Source: Vicinamibacterales bacterium
GTDB taxonomy: Bacteria; Acidobacteriota; Vicinamibacteria; Vicinamibacterales; JAMQPK01
Length of the DNA: 64,000 nt
Direction of reading: 5' to 3'
NCBI GenBank assembly: GCA_963850725.1
Contig: CAWKMQ010000019.1
Span: 7,996 to 71,995 of the forward strand
Of the stretch, positions 25,891-39,482 are shown piece by piece; position 1 is the stretch's first letter, and every line of letters begins with the position of its first letter. The position numbers were made by a program, and so were the translations under genes. Below the pieces are notes generated by a model. It saw nothing but the letters and a program-made list of their open reading frames with translations, did not search any database and was not told the DNA's origin.

Positions 25891-26689
25891 ATGCCGACGC
25901 GCATTCCAATCGTCAAGGGGCACGCCTATGGCAACGACTTTCTCCTCGCCCCGGAGCCGGCTGTCCGCGGTGTCGATCCCGGTGCGCTGGCCCGCGCGAT
26001 GTGCAGCCGCCACGAGGGTATCGGCGCCGACGGGTTGATGATCTACACACTCGGCTCGTCATCAATCAGCATGCAGCTGTTCAACGCCGACGGCAGTCCT
26101 TCCGAAGTATCCGGCAATGGAATCCGCTGCCTGGCCGCGCTTGCGGTCCGTGAGCGTCCTGGCACGACCCAGGTGACGATCGACACGCCGGCGGGCCCCA
26201 AGGTGCTGGAGTTGAAGGGGAGGGACGGCGACACGCTGACGTTCCGCGCGGCCATGGGTGCGCCACAAGACGTGAGACAAGTCGACCTCCAGGCAGCCGG
26301 CGAGCAGGTTCGCGCCGTGACGTTGTCGGTCGGCAACCCGCAGTGCGTATTGCTCGGCGGCCCGCTCCTCGAAGCGCGGCTGCACAAGCTTGGGCCCGCG
26401 CTCGAGCATCATCCACATTTTCCGAATCGCACGAACGTCTCGTTCGCCAGCGTGGAAGCCCCCGGGCGCGTGCGGATCCTGATCTGGGAGCGTGGCGTCG
26501 GGCCCACGCAGGCGTCGGGCACGGGCGCCTGCGGCGCGGCGGTGGCCGCGGCGTCGTTCGGCGGTGCGTTGCGCGACGTCGAGATTGATTTCGCCGGGTG
26601 GCAGCCAGCGCGTCGAGTGGCTCGACGATGGCAACATCTTTCTGACGGGGTGGGCGAGGCTGGTCTTCGAAGGAACCTGGTTCGGTTGA
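25891..26689 (+). CDS. dapF: Diaminopimelate epimerase
   Basis: KGHAYGNDF, GIGADG, NADGS, GNGIRC, ERGVG.T.ASGTG. Confidence 0.9.
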
Positions 26690-26715
26690 ACTGGCGAGTC
26701 GGCTGTTATGAACGG

Positions 26716-27307
26716 TTACGAACCCGGCTTCGGACGCCCCTTCGTGACCGTGTCGATTTCTGCAATCGCTGACTGGAGTTTCTTGGCAGATTCCGCCAGC
26801 CGGTCCTGGCTTTCCCGGTAATTGCCTTCCTGGATGCCCGTGCCCGCTTTTTGCAGAGAAGCTTCGGCGTCGCCGATCGCGGCGCGCGCGGCGACGAGCG
26901 AACGGCGTGGCACTCGCGCGGTTTCGGCCGCCTTGAGCTGTTGCCTGGCCTGATCGAGCAGACGCCGTCACCTGAACGAGACGCCGCTCCGCATGCGCTG
27001 CGCAGGACGCCCTGCTGGCTGGCCGCTTCCTTCGCCGCGCTCTGCGCACGCTCGCGGCTGTCGAGCGCGTAATTCAGCGCCAGACGATAGTCGCGCTGCT
27101 CGACGGCGTGTGCGCGCTCTGCAAGCGCCTTGACGGCGCCCTGGTACTGCTCGGTGGCGTAGCGATCGGCGCCTGCGGCTCGGGCGGCATCGATCGCGCC
27201 CTGGGCCTGATCCATTTCCCGTGTCGGCGGCGTCGCGCAGGCCACGGTGACAGAGAAGGGAACAGAGACATGCGGCAGACACACCCGGACAGAGTTCGGC
27301 GCGGCAT
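26716..27307 (-). CDS. DUF4398-like helical lipoprotein
   Basis: VACATPPTREMDQAQGAIDAARAAGADRYA. Confidence 0.7.
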
Positions 27308-27329
27308 CCGCCTGAGTATAACGTTGGCC

Positions 27330-27999
27330 ATGAAAGCGCTGTCGGTGCACGATCGCCCGCGCGAAAAGCTGTTTCGCCTGGGCGCCGCCGGACTCGGCGA
27401 CAACGAGCTGGTGGCGATCGTCGTCGGCAACGGCTCGCGGCGCGGAAATGCGCTGGCGCTCGCCAATGAATCCTGGAGACCACGGGCGGGCTGCACGGCA
27501 TTCCGCGGACGTCAGCGTGGACGAGCTTCGCCGGATCGACGGCATGGGCACGGCCAAGGCCGCGCAGGTGCTGGCGGCGGTCGAGCTCGGGCGCCGCACG
27601 CTGCTCCGATGTCCGCCGGCGCGGCTGCAGTTCGTCACGCCGCGCGAGCCGCCGGCTACCTGCTGCCGCAGTTCGGCTCGCAGGCCCGTCGAACAGTTCG
27701 GCCTGATGATGCTCGACACGAAGCACCGGCTCATCCGGACGTCGTCGTCTCGGTCGGCACGCTCGACTCGAGCCCGGCGCATCCCCGCGAGATTTTTCGC
27801 GAAGCGGCATCGGCGTGCCGCCGCCGCGATCGTGCTCTTTCACAACCACCCGTCCGGCGATCCGCTCCCGAGCCGCGACGACGTGGAGCTGACGCGGCGG
27901 CTGGTCCAGGCGGGGGAGATCATGGGGATCGACGTCATCGACCACGTCATCCTGGCCGACACGCGCTACTTCAGCTTCCGCGAAGCAGGTAAACTATGA
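27330..27999 (+). CDS. radC: RadC (JAB/MPN) family protein
   Basis: DRPREKL, HPREIF, HNHPSGDP.PS..D, DHVI. Confidence 0.92.
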
Positions 28000-28017
28000 T
28001 GCTGGCTGCAGCTGATC

Positions 28018-29317
28018 ATGTCCCGCATTCTCTATTTCGACTGTTTCAACGGCGCGTCGGGCGACATGGTGCTGGGCGCGCTTCCTCGACGCCGGGCTGC
28101 CGCTCGAAGAGCTGCGCCGCGCGCTGGGCAGCCTTGCGCATCGACGGCGCCTCGGTCTCGGCCACGCGCGTGCTGCGCGCCGGCGTGTCGGCGACCAAGT
28201 TCATCGTCGATGAAAACGGTGCCGCACACTCACGCCGGCGGTCACGACGATCATGGCCATCGACCACGATCATGAACACGGTCACGATCACGCTCATGCT
28301 CACCCGCACACCCACGAGCACGCGCCTGCGGCGGTCGCCCATCACCATCATCCCCATCGCAGCCTGACGGAGATCTACCGCGCTGATCGAGCGCTCGGCG
28401 CTTTCGCCGGCGGCGCAAGGATCGCGCGAAGGAGCTCTTCCATCGTCTGGGAGAGGCCGAAGCGGCCATCCATCAGATCCCGATCGACAAGATCCACCTG
28501 CACGAGGTCGGCGCGCTCGACTCGATTATCGACATCGTCGGCGCGGTGTTCGCGCTCGAGTGGTTCCACGCCGATCGCATCATCAGCTCGCCGCTGAACG
28601 TCGGCGGCGGCATGGTGAACTCGGCGCACGGCCATTTTCCGGTTCCTGCGCCCGCCACTGTGAAGCTGCTCGCTGGCGCGCCGGTGTACTCCTCTGGCGT
28701 GCAGAGCGAGCTGGTGACGCCGACCGGCGCGCTGCTCGTGACGGGCTATGCCACGTCGTTCGGCCCGGTTCCCGCCATGACGATCGAGCAGCGTCGGATA
28801 CGGCGCCGGCGATCGCGACCTGCCGAACACGCCGAACGTCTTGCGCGTGCTCGTCGGCAGAGAGCACCGACCGGCCGAACACCGAGCGCATCGTCGTGCT
28901 CGAGTGCGAGATCGACGACATGAACCCGCAGCTCTTCGGGCTCGTGATGGAGCGGCTCTATGCCGCCGGCGCGCTCGAGGTGTACTTCGCCGTCGGTGCA
29001 GATGAAGAAGAACCGTCCCGGCACGCTGCTGACGATTCTGGCGCGGCCGGAGCAGCGCGAGGAGCTCACCGGCGATCGTCTTTCGCGAGACGACGACGAT
29101 TGGCGTGCGGTATCACGAGGTGCTGCGCGAGCGGCTCGAGCGCGAAATCGTCGCGGTCGACACGCCGCTCGGCACGGTCAGCTTCAAGGTGGCGCGTCTG
29201 GGCGAGACCGTCGTCAATGCCGCGCCCGAGTTCGACGATTGCCTGCGAATCGCATCCGAACGCGGTGTGCCCGTGAAGGACGTGCAGGCCGCGGCGATCA
29301 AGGCGTACCTGGACTAC

Positions 29318-29323
<6 letters not shown>
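28018..29323 (+). CDS. larC: Nickel-pincer cofactor biosynthesis protein LarC
   Basis: YFDCFNGASGDM, His-rich insert, HLHEVGALDSIIDI, AHG.FPVPAPAT, ELVTPTGA, MKKNRPG, PEFDDC. Confidence 0.92.
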
Positions 29324-31353
<2,030 letters not shown>

Positions 31354-31398
31354 CCCGTCATCGACCACATTGGTTAACCTTCGTCAGGAGGTGTCTGC

Positions 31399-31821
31399 AT
31401 GGGCCGGATCAACCTCGCTCGTGTCCTCGTCGGCGGATTGATGGCGGGCCTCATCATCAACGTCGGCGAATTCATCCTCAACGTGTGCTCCTCGAAGAAC
31501 AGATGAACGCGGCCATGGCCGCGCTCAATAAGCCGCCAGTCGAATCCGTCGATGATCATCTGGTTCGTGCTCTTCAGCTTCGGGTTCGGCTTCATTCTGG
31601 TCTGGACGTATGCTGCCATCCGGCCGCGCTTCGGCGCCGGATTGAAGACCGCCATCTGCGCCTCGACCCTGTGCTGGGGCCTGGCGTGCCTCTATCCGAA
31701 TCTGTTCTTCTACGTGATGAACCTGTTCCCGCGAAACATGATGGTGCTGGCGACGGTCTGGGGGTTGGTCGAAACCATCGTCGCCGGCATCGCCGGAGCA
31801 TGGGCTTATACTGAAGCCTGA
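31399..31821 (+). CDS. Small four-TM membrane protein
   Basis: AGGAGG RBS; MGRINLARVLVGG...WTYAAIRPRFGAG.KTA; frameshifted. Confidence 0.7.
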
Positions 31822-31825
31822 TAAC

Positions 31826-31875
31826 GGCTGAGGGCTAAGGGCTTAGGGCTGAGGTGGAGTTGAGAGTTGGGTTGG
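31826..31875 (+). repeat. Degenerate AGGGCT heptamer array
   Basis: ggctgagggctaagggcttagggctgaggtggagttgagagttggg. Confidence 0.6.
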
Positions 31876-31894
31876 CGAGATCACTGCGCGTCGA

Positions 31895-33169
31895 TTGGTG
31901 ACGCTCGTCGCCGGACTCGCTGTCGCGCTCGGCGCCGCGCTGGTGTCGGCGCAGAGCAGCAGCATCTGGGTCGTCGCGCGACCATCCCGCGATTCAATAC
32001 TCGACGCGGTCCGTCCAGGACCCGATCGTCAGGTTGAACGAGCGCATCGAGAAAGGGGAGATTCAACTGGCGTTCGATGCGCCGCCGCGCGGCTATCTGG
32101 CGGCGGTGCTGAAGGCGCTCGACATGCCCGTCTCGTCGCAGACGCTCGTGTTCTCGGAGAACAGCCTGCAGCGCGCGCACATCAGCAAGGCCACGCCGCG
32201 CGCGATTTATTTCAACGATACGGTCGCCATCGGCTGGGCAAAGGGCGCGGAGACCGATCGAGGCGACGGTGTTCGATGCCACCCAGGGTGTTCACTTCTA
32301 CTCGATGCCGCAGACAGAACCAGGAGAAGCCGCAGTTCGTCCGCCGCGACGCCGACTGCCTGCAGTGCCACCTTCTTCCTCAGACACACGGCGTTCCGGG
32401 CCTTCTCACGATGAGCGTGCTGCCGCTCTCGGACGACCAGAACGAATACGCGCAAGGCTGGCCGATGGACCATCGAACGCCGATCGAAGATCGATGGGGA
32501 GGCTGGTACGTGACGGGGAAGCAGGTGCCTGTCAGGCACCTCGGCAACGTACCTGTTCTGCATGTGCCGCGCTCGTACGTACGCGCCGACACAGCGCCGA
32601 AGCTGGCGACCGGCAGCGAGGCATTCGACACAGCCGCCTATCTCACTCCGCACAGCGATATCGCCGCGCTGATGGTGCTCAACCATCAGACGCACATGAC
32701 GAACCTGCTGATTCGGTTGAGTTGGCAGGCGCGAATCGCCGCGGATGGAGGGCCGCAGAAGCCCGCTGTCTCGCCGGCAGACGTGCGCGACACGGCGATC
32801 GAGCTCGCCGACTACATGTTGTTCGCGGACGAGGCGCCTCTTCCGTCGCCCATCGCCGGCGCATCGGGCTTCGCGAATGATTTTGCCGCCAGAGGCCCGC
32901 GTGACGCGAAAGGACGGTCACTGCGCGAGCTCGATCTCACGCGGAGGCTCCTGCGCTATCCCTGCAGTTACATGATTTACTCAGAAGCGTTCGATGCGCT
33001 GCCGCAACAGGCGAAAGCGCTGGTATACGAACGGTTGTGGGAAGTGCTGTCTGGCGCAGCGAAAGACTGGGACTACTCGAACTTGTCGCCGGACGGTCGC
33101 CGCGCCATCATCGAAATCCTGCGCGAGACAAAAAAGGGACTACCCGTCAGCTTTACAGCGCAACAGTGA
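31895..33169 (+). CDS. Exported hypothetical protein with one CxxCH heme-c motif
   Basis: Signal peptide; SQTLVFS..SLQ, PRAIYFND, CLQCH, RWGGWYVTG, RYPCSYMIYS. Confidence 0.7.
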   Translation: MVTLVAGLAVALGAALVSAQSSSIWVVARPSRDSILDAVRPGPDRQVERAHRERGDSTGVRCAAARLSGGGAEGARHARLVADARVLGEQPAARAHQQGHAARDLFQRYGRHRLGKGRGDRSRRRCSMPPRVFTSTRCRRQNQEKPQFVRRDADCLQCHLLPQTHGVPGLLTMSVLPLSDDQNEYAQGWPMDHRTPIEDRWGGWYVTGKQVPVRHLGNVPVLHVPRSYVRADTAPKLATGSEAFDTAAYLTPHSDIAALMVLNHQTHMTNLLIRLSWQARIAADGGPQKPAVSPADVRDTAIELADYMLFADEAPLPSPIAGASGFANDFAARGPRDAKGRSLRELDLTRRLLRYPCSYMIYSEAFDALPQQAKALVYERLWEVLSGAAKDWDYSNLSPDGRRAIIEILRETKKGLPVSFTAQQ

Positions 33170-33178
33170 ACGGCCGGG

Positions 33179-33732
33179 TCACACCCACCGAAGCATTGAC
33201 GCCAGCGTACGATCGAACTCCGGCAGCACGCGCGAGCGAATGGGTCGCTTCGACTCGAACTGCGCCCGTGCGATGACGTTGCCATCGAAGTTCAGCACTT
33301 CCACTCGCGACTCGTATTGGTGGACCAGCCAGCACTCCGAAACACCGTAGCGTGCAAACCACTCGATGCGCTCCCCGAGCTTTCCGATGCGGGGATTGGG
33401 GGAGAGCACTTCGACCACGAGATCGGGGGCCCCACGAACCCGGTCGCTCAGGATGTGGCCGCGCTCGTTCGAAATGAAGAACAGATCGGGTTGGATAATC
33501 AACGCGCGCTCGGCATCGAGGATGACGTCGAGTGGCGCCAGCCAGACCTCGCCGAGCCTCCGTTCGCGCACGTGCTCCGCAAGCGCAATGCCGAGATCGA
33601 AGACGACTCGCCTGGTGACGCGGAAGCGGCGACTCGGCGACGCGCAAGACTCCGTAAATCAACTCCGTCGGGGAGAACCGACTCCGGCGTCTTCAAGTAC
33701 TCGGCTGTCGTCATCGTGTGGTGACTGGACAT
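33179..33732 (-). CDS. Uma2 (DUF820) family endonuclease-fold protein
   Basis: APLDVIL, QPDLFFI, GAPDLVVEVLSP, YGVSECWLV. Confidence 0.88.
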
Positions 33733-33905
33733 GGCTGCTTTCCTCACACCCGCCTCAATCTGACCCCAGAACACAGAACTACCGGAGAGACTCAGAGTCG
33801 TTCTGATGGCCTCGACGACGACGATGGCATCGTCGAACGGCGAGGGTCAAGTCGAAATCCGTGCCAGAGCTAACTAAAAGATGGGCGCGAGAGATCGATA
33901 AAGAC

Positions 33906-35789
33906 TCACTGGCGGTCTGGCAACGCAAACACCTTGAGGGTGTCGGTGGCGACAACCGCGACATACTGTTTGCCGTTCCGGCCGAGGTAGGTGATGGGGT
34001 TGGCATTGCCCCTTCGTTCCAAGCGTCGATCACCCACAGTTCCTTGCCACTTCGCGAGTCGAACGCCCGGAAGCGATTGTCGTCCGTTGACGCGATGAAC
34101 AGCACGCCACCGGCCGTTGCAATCGGACCGGCCAGGACGGGACGGCCGGTGTTCTGTTTCCCGGCAGGGAGCTGCTCCGTGATGCCAAGCGGAACGCGCC
34201 ACGCGATATCGCCCGTCGCCGCGTTCACCGCGATCAGGCTGCCCCATGGCGGCTTCTGGCAAGGCCAGCTTTGAGCGCCAACGGGCACGTCGAACGTCGC
34301 GCGTCCCGGCGTCGCTTTTTCGTAGGCAACGGGTGCGCCTTCGCGCGCCTGTCGGACGAAGCCAAGCGCGCCGACGTCCTGCGTCGCGACGAAAACATAT
34401 CCGGACACGGCGTCCGACGCCGTTCCACCCCAGTTCGGTCCACCCAGTCCGCCCGGGAAGACGAGGGAAATCGGCGTCGTCGCTCCCAGCGCCCGATACT
34501 TCCACGGCGTGAACGGCCCCGCGTTGAGGACGCCGCCGCTTTTCTCGATCAGTTCCCGGCACGCGGCTGCATGTTCCGGAGTCGTATCTGCGCCGGTGAC
34601 GAGATCCTGCCGGACCGTACGCCACGCGCGCGAGAGCCGGCGGCTTCACTGGAATTGGTTGCGTGGGGAAGGCCCGCTCGCCAGGAACGTCACTCTTCGG
34701 CATGGGCCGTTCCACGACACCAAAGATCGGCTGGCCCGTCTCACGATTCAGGATGTACATGTAACCCGACTTGGTCGTCAGCGCCATGGCCGGAATCCGG
34801 CGTCCGTCTCTGACGATGTCGATGAGTCCCGGCGGCGCGGGCGGATCGGCATCCCACATGTCATGGTGAATCGTTTGAAAGTGCCACTTGTACGCGCCGG
34901 TCTGAACATCCACGGCCACCACGGAGTTTCCGTAGAGGTTGGCGCCGGCGCGATCGCCACCGTAGCCGCCCGGAATCGGCGACGCGAGAGGCAGATAGAG
35001 AAGCCCGCGTTGTTCGTCCAGCGTGAAATAGAACGGCCACGCGTTGGCGCCGAACCGGCCTTTCCAGCTGTCGCCCTCCCACGTGTCGTGACCGACGCTG
35101 CCAGGCTGCGCCACCGAGCTGAATTCCCAAAGCTTCGCACCGGTGCGGGCATCAAAGGCACGCGCATTTCCAACCGCGCCGCCAGACCCCGGCGGGTTGT
35201 TCGCGCCCACCACGACGACGTTCTTGTAGACGAGCGGCACCGAGTTGTAGGGCACGACGATATCGACCTCGACCGTTGGTGCCAAATTCGGCGACCGGCT
35301 TGCCTGTCTGAGCATCGAGCGCGATCAGCCGGCGGCCGGCCATGAAGATGATGCGCGCAGCGCCGCCGTCTCCCGACCAGTACGCGACTCCGCGGCGAGA
35401 CGGCACGCCGTCGGCGAAACGTATCGCCAGCGTTCGATCCCGGTCGCTGGGTCGAGCGCGACAACGGCGTCCGCCGTGGGCAGGTACATCGCGCCGTCGA
35501 CGACGATGGGCGTCGCCTGAGAATTCGACCCCGACCGCCACCTCGGGCGGGCGGGCCTGAAGCCGGTTCGTCTGCCTGCAGCCGATACGTCCAGGCCTCG
35601 CGCAGGCTGGCGACGTTTTTTGTGTTGATTTGTGTAAGCGGGGAGTAGCCGGTGCCGGCATAGTCGTGCCGGTACATCGGCCAGTCGGCGCCCGGCCTGC
35701 GGCGCCGATTGCTGCGTCCGGCCGGCCTGACCGACGAGAAGAACGAGCACCGAACCGCCGACTATTCCAACGATTCGTCTGCCGCGCAT
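33906..35789 (-). CDS. PQQ-dependent dehydrogenase (glucose/quinate/shikimate-like), exported
   Basis: YSPLTQIN, SQATPIVV, NLYGNSVVAVD, WHFQTIHHDMWDAD, KPPWGSL, GKQYVAV. Confidence 0.88.
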
Positions 35790-35888
35790 GGCCGTAGTAT
35801 GCCGGATTCTGCCTTTACCGGTGCTCTAAGATTTCAGGCAATATTACGGCGTGCGGCATCGGTAATCGGCTTGCGAGGAGTCTGCGGC

Positions 35889-37489
35889 ATGGCACTGATC
35901 ATTTCGCGCATGACAATCGTGGTCTCCATCCTGCTGCTTGGAGTGAGTCACTCGTTCGCTCAGGGATCGTCGGCCTGGTCTACCTGGACCGGAGCAGCGC
36001 TGGCAGACAGCCTTCAGCTTCAAGCCAAGATGCCGTGTGCCTCGCTCGTCGCGCAGACGGGCTACGAATTCTCCATCACGACCGCCGCGTTCGTGCCGGT
36101 GGCTGGAAGCAGCCAGCGGTCCTGCCGGGTGCAGGGGATGATTCAGCCAGACATCCAGTTCGAGGTCAGCCTGCCCGCCACCTGGAACGGCCGCCTGTTC
36201 ATGTTTGGCAACGGTGGATTCGCAGGCGAATCGCTCGAAGCCCCCAATCGAGTCGCGCAGACGCTCGCCGCGGTCTCACGCGGTTTTGCCGTCGCGCAGA
36301 CCAATACCGGTCACGACAGCGCGGCCGAACCCCTTGCCACATTCGCCGTCAACCGGCAGAAGTTTCTCGACTATGCCTACCGCGCCGTGCACATCACGGC
36401 CGTGACGGCCAAGCGCTTGGCACAACTCTATTTCGGATCGCCGGCACGGCGCGCATATTTCAACGGCTGCTCGACTGGCGGGCGGCAAGGGTTGATTTCC
36501 GCCCAGCGCTTCCCGGACGACTTCGACGGCATCGTCGTCGGCGCCCCGGTGCTCAGTTTCTCGGGCACGATGATCGGCTACGCGCACATTCAGCGCGCGC
36601 TTGCGGCGGCGCCGCTGTCGGCCGCGAAGCTGAAGCTCCTCGCTGACGCCGTCTACGCGAAGTGTGATGCCGCTGATGGAGTGAAGGACGGCGTGATTGA
36701 CGATCCCCGGCGTTGCCCCTTCAAGGCATCAACCGACCTGCCCCGCTGTGCAGACGAAGCCGGCGGCGTCAGCGTGCTTCTCCCCGGCAGAAATCGCCGC
36801 TCTCGAAACGATCTATCGCGGGTCCCGAACGGCGTCGGCACCTTACACGATCGGCTGGCCGCAGGGCGCCGAGATTGCCGGGGCGGCGCAGAACGCCGCC
36901 GTCAGCGGGTGGGTGCCGTGGCTGGTTGCTGCGCCAGGAGGGCGCCCGATCCAACAGAACTTCGGCGAGAGCTTCTTCCGATACATGGCCTTCGGGCGGC
37001 CGGAACCGTCGTTCGAATGGATGCGCTTCGATGTGGAGGTTGATTACGAGGACTACGACAAGACGGCAGCGACGCGCGCGGCGCTCGATGCGACCGATCC
37101 CGATCTCTCGCGATTCAAGGCGCTCGGAGGAAAGATACTCAGCTACTTCGGGTGGGCCGATCCCGCCCTGAATCCGATGATGGGGGTCTCGTACTACGAG
37201 CGCGTGGTCGAAACGATGGGACCTGCGACGAAGGACTTCTACCGGCTGTTCATGGTACCTGGGATGTTCCACTGCACGGGCGGCATCGGCACGAGCACGT
37301 TCGATCCCGTCACGCCGCTCATTCAGTGGGTGGAGAAAGGCGTGGCGCCCGCGAGCCATTCCCGCCGCAAGGGTCGTGAACGACAAACCAGTGCGAACCC
37401 GTCCTCTCTGTCCCTACCCGGAGGTCGCCAAGTACAAGGGTTCTGGCAGCATCGACGAAGCCGTGAACTTTGCGTGTGCGAGACCGTAG
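35889..37489 (+). CDS. Tannase/feruloyl esterase family alpha/beta hydrolase
   Basis: GNGGFAG, GCSTGGRQG, DFDGI, CDAADGVKDG, GWADP, PGMFHC. Confidence 0.92.
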
Positions 37490-37514
37490 CCAAAATGTCG
37501 CGGACGATTGACGT

Positions 37515-38141
37515 TCAAGCCGTGCGTGACCGCCTGGCGGCCACGCGCGATCCGATCACGGTGACGCCCGCCAGCAGCCAGATGAGTTGAAGCGGCCACT
37601 GCGAGCCGATCTTGTACTCCACGTCGATCTGCTGTTGCCGGTGGTCGCGCCGCTGCGCCACCACCTGCACGTCGCGATCGGCAGACACCAGCGCATTGGC
37701 CAGGTAGACGCTCGTCGCCGGATGATGGCGATTCGTGAAACGCACGTGGCGCGTCCCGGCGCGCGCCCCGCCGATCGCGCCAGCCACGGTCAACTGCATG
37801 GTGCCAACGCCACGGCGCATCTCGGCGACAGCGGGAACCTCGATGGCCTCCAGCGTGAGGTGAACGGGTTGGCCATCGAAGGACAGATCGAAATCGCCGA
37901 CGACCGCCTGGCCGTACGCGCGCGCCTCGAGGGGTTGCACGACCCCGTTACCATCGCGGTCGAGCGCCGCGACGATCTCACCCGCGATGTTGGCACCCGG
38001 GGTGAGATCGATCTCGAGCACGATGCGATCGCGCGCGAACGCAATCCGCGCAGCCTGCAGGTACTCGTCCAGCTGATGCGCCACCGTCCGGACCGGCATT
38101 GCCGCCACGAGCAGCGCGACGACCAGCAGTATGCGCTTCAT
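37515..38141 (-). CDS. Exported protein with C-terminal TM (resembles periplasmic domain of HupE/UreJ-type proteins)
   Basis: Signal peptide then AHQLDEYLQA, LDRDGNG loop; coupled to the DUF3500 gene by ATGA overlap. Confidence 0.55.
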   Translation of the reverse strand: MKRILLVVALLVAAMPVRTVAHQLDEYLQAARIAFARDRIVLEIDLTPGANIAGEIVAALDRDGNGVVQPLEARAYGQAVVGDFDLSFDGQPVHLTLEAIEVPAVAEMRRGVGTMQLTVAGAIGGARAGTRHVRFTNRHHPATSVYLANALVSADRDVQVVAQRRDHRQQQIDVEYKIGSQWPLQLIWLLAGVTVIGSRVAARRSRTA

Positions 38142-39206
38142 CGGCGTGTCGCCTTCGCCGCGTAGTCGTTGGTGGGATCCCGATAAATCGTGTGGATGTG
38201 GTCGATGTTGTTGTCGCCGGATCCTTGCGGCGCATATTCGATGAAGACCGCCGGTCCTTGAATGCGGAAGTAGGCGCCCTTGCCGTTGGCCGTCGGCACC
38301 GGCCCACGGCGAAGTACGTCTCGCCGAGACCAGCCTCGATCTCCTTCATTCTCGCGGCCGCCGCCTGCGTCGCCGATGATCGCGACCCATTCGCGCGTGA
38401 GATCGACCAGCATCGTCTCGCTGCGCCGCATTGAACGTTGACGCGCGGACGCCCTCCGGCGCAATCGTCTTGCCGTCGGCACCCGGGCCCAGCACGAGGT
38501 TCCGCACCTCGAACCCGAGGATGGCCTGCTTTCGCTGTTCGTCGGTCAGCGCGTTGACGAGCGCGAACGCTTTGTCGTTCTCGTCGCCCAGCGGACGCAC
38601 CATGCGGCCCTCGAGCTGATACGACGCCGGCTGCGCGCCGGTATGCGTCGGTGCCAGCACGTTCTGACCGGCCGCGACCGTAACGTTGATCGCGAGATGA
38701 TGGCCGCCAAACTGAATCATCCAGCGGTCGGTCGTCGACGGCTTGCCAAGAATCGCCACGTAGTACTCCGCCCGCCCGAATCGAGTACGGCGAGTCTGGC
38801 TTCCGCGTCGGCGCGCTCGTGACTTCGAGCACCTGATCGGCGTCCACAATCTGCATGGCTTTCTGGTACCCGTCGCGGCTGAGCGACGCCGCCACCAGCG
38901 CGAGCGCGGCTTTCTCTTGAGCCGGCGTCATGTCGCCCAGCTTGAGACCGTTGCTCTCTGTCGCACCAACCTGCATCGCGATGCCGGTGGGCAGATTCGA
39001 CCAGACCGTCCGGGTTTTCTCGTTGAGATCGAGGTTGGCCTTGAGACGCTGCGCCGGCGTCAAGCGTGGTGAGAAACGCGTCTGCCGCCGTCACCGCGCG
39101 GCGGGTGGCATCGGCTGAAGGGCCGGACTGCTGCGACGAGACCGCGGCCGCACCCGCCACACACCAGGAGGATGGCGACGAAGACCTTCAAGGGTCGAGA
39201 CGGCAT
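38138..39206 (-). CDS. DUF3500 domain protein
   Basis: WSNLP, GLKLGDM, W.IQFGGHHLAIN, YFRIQGP..FIEY, HIHTIYRDP.NDY. Confidence 0.85.
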
Positions 39207-39400
39207 GGCTGACTCCTCTCGAAACCGGATTGCAAAGCGCGCTGGATATCTGATCGACGAAGAGCCGCAATTATAGGCCCGCAAGGGCACAATCGACATG
39301 GCGGAAGTTGCATCCGATTTCCAGCGCGACTTGCGAGCGATTTCTGCGCCTCCTGCAAACTCGAGTCGCGGTCATTCGAAGATTTTCGCGACGCAGCGCG

Positions 39401-39416
39401 TGGCACGCGCGCTGCT
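39401..39416 (+). promoter_or_regulatory. Putative sigma54 -24/-12 promoter
   Basis: TGGCAC-GCGCG-CTGCT, 67 nt upstream of AAGGAG-ATG at 39483. Confidence 0.6.
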
Positions 39417-39482
39417 TCACTCTTCGCAGGCGGCTTGACTGACGACGGTATACTCCGAGAAGAGCCGCGGAAGGAGACGCAG

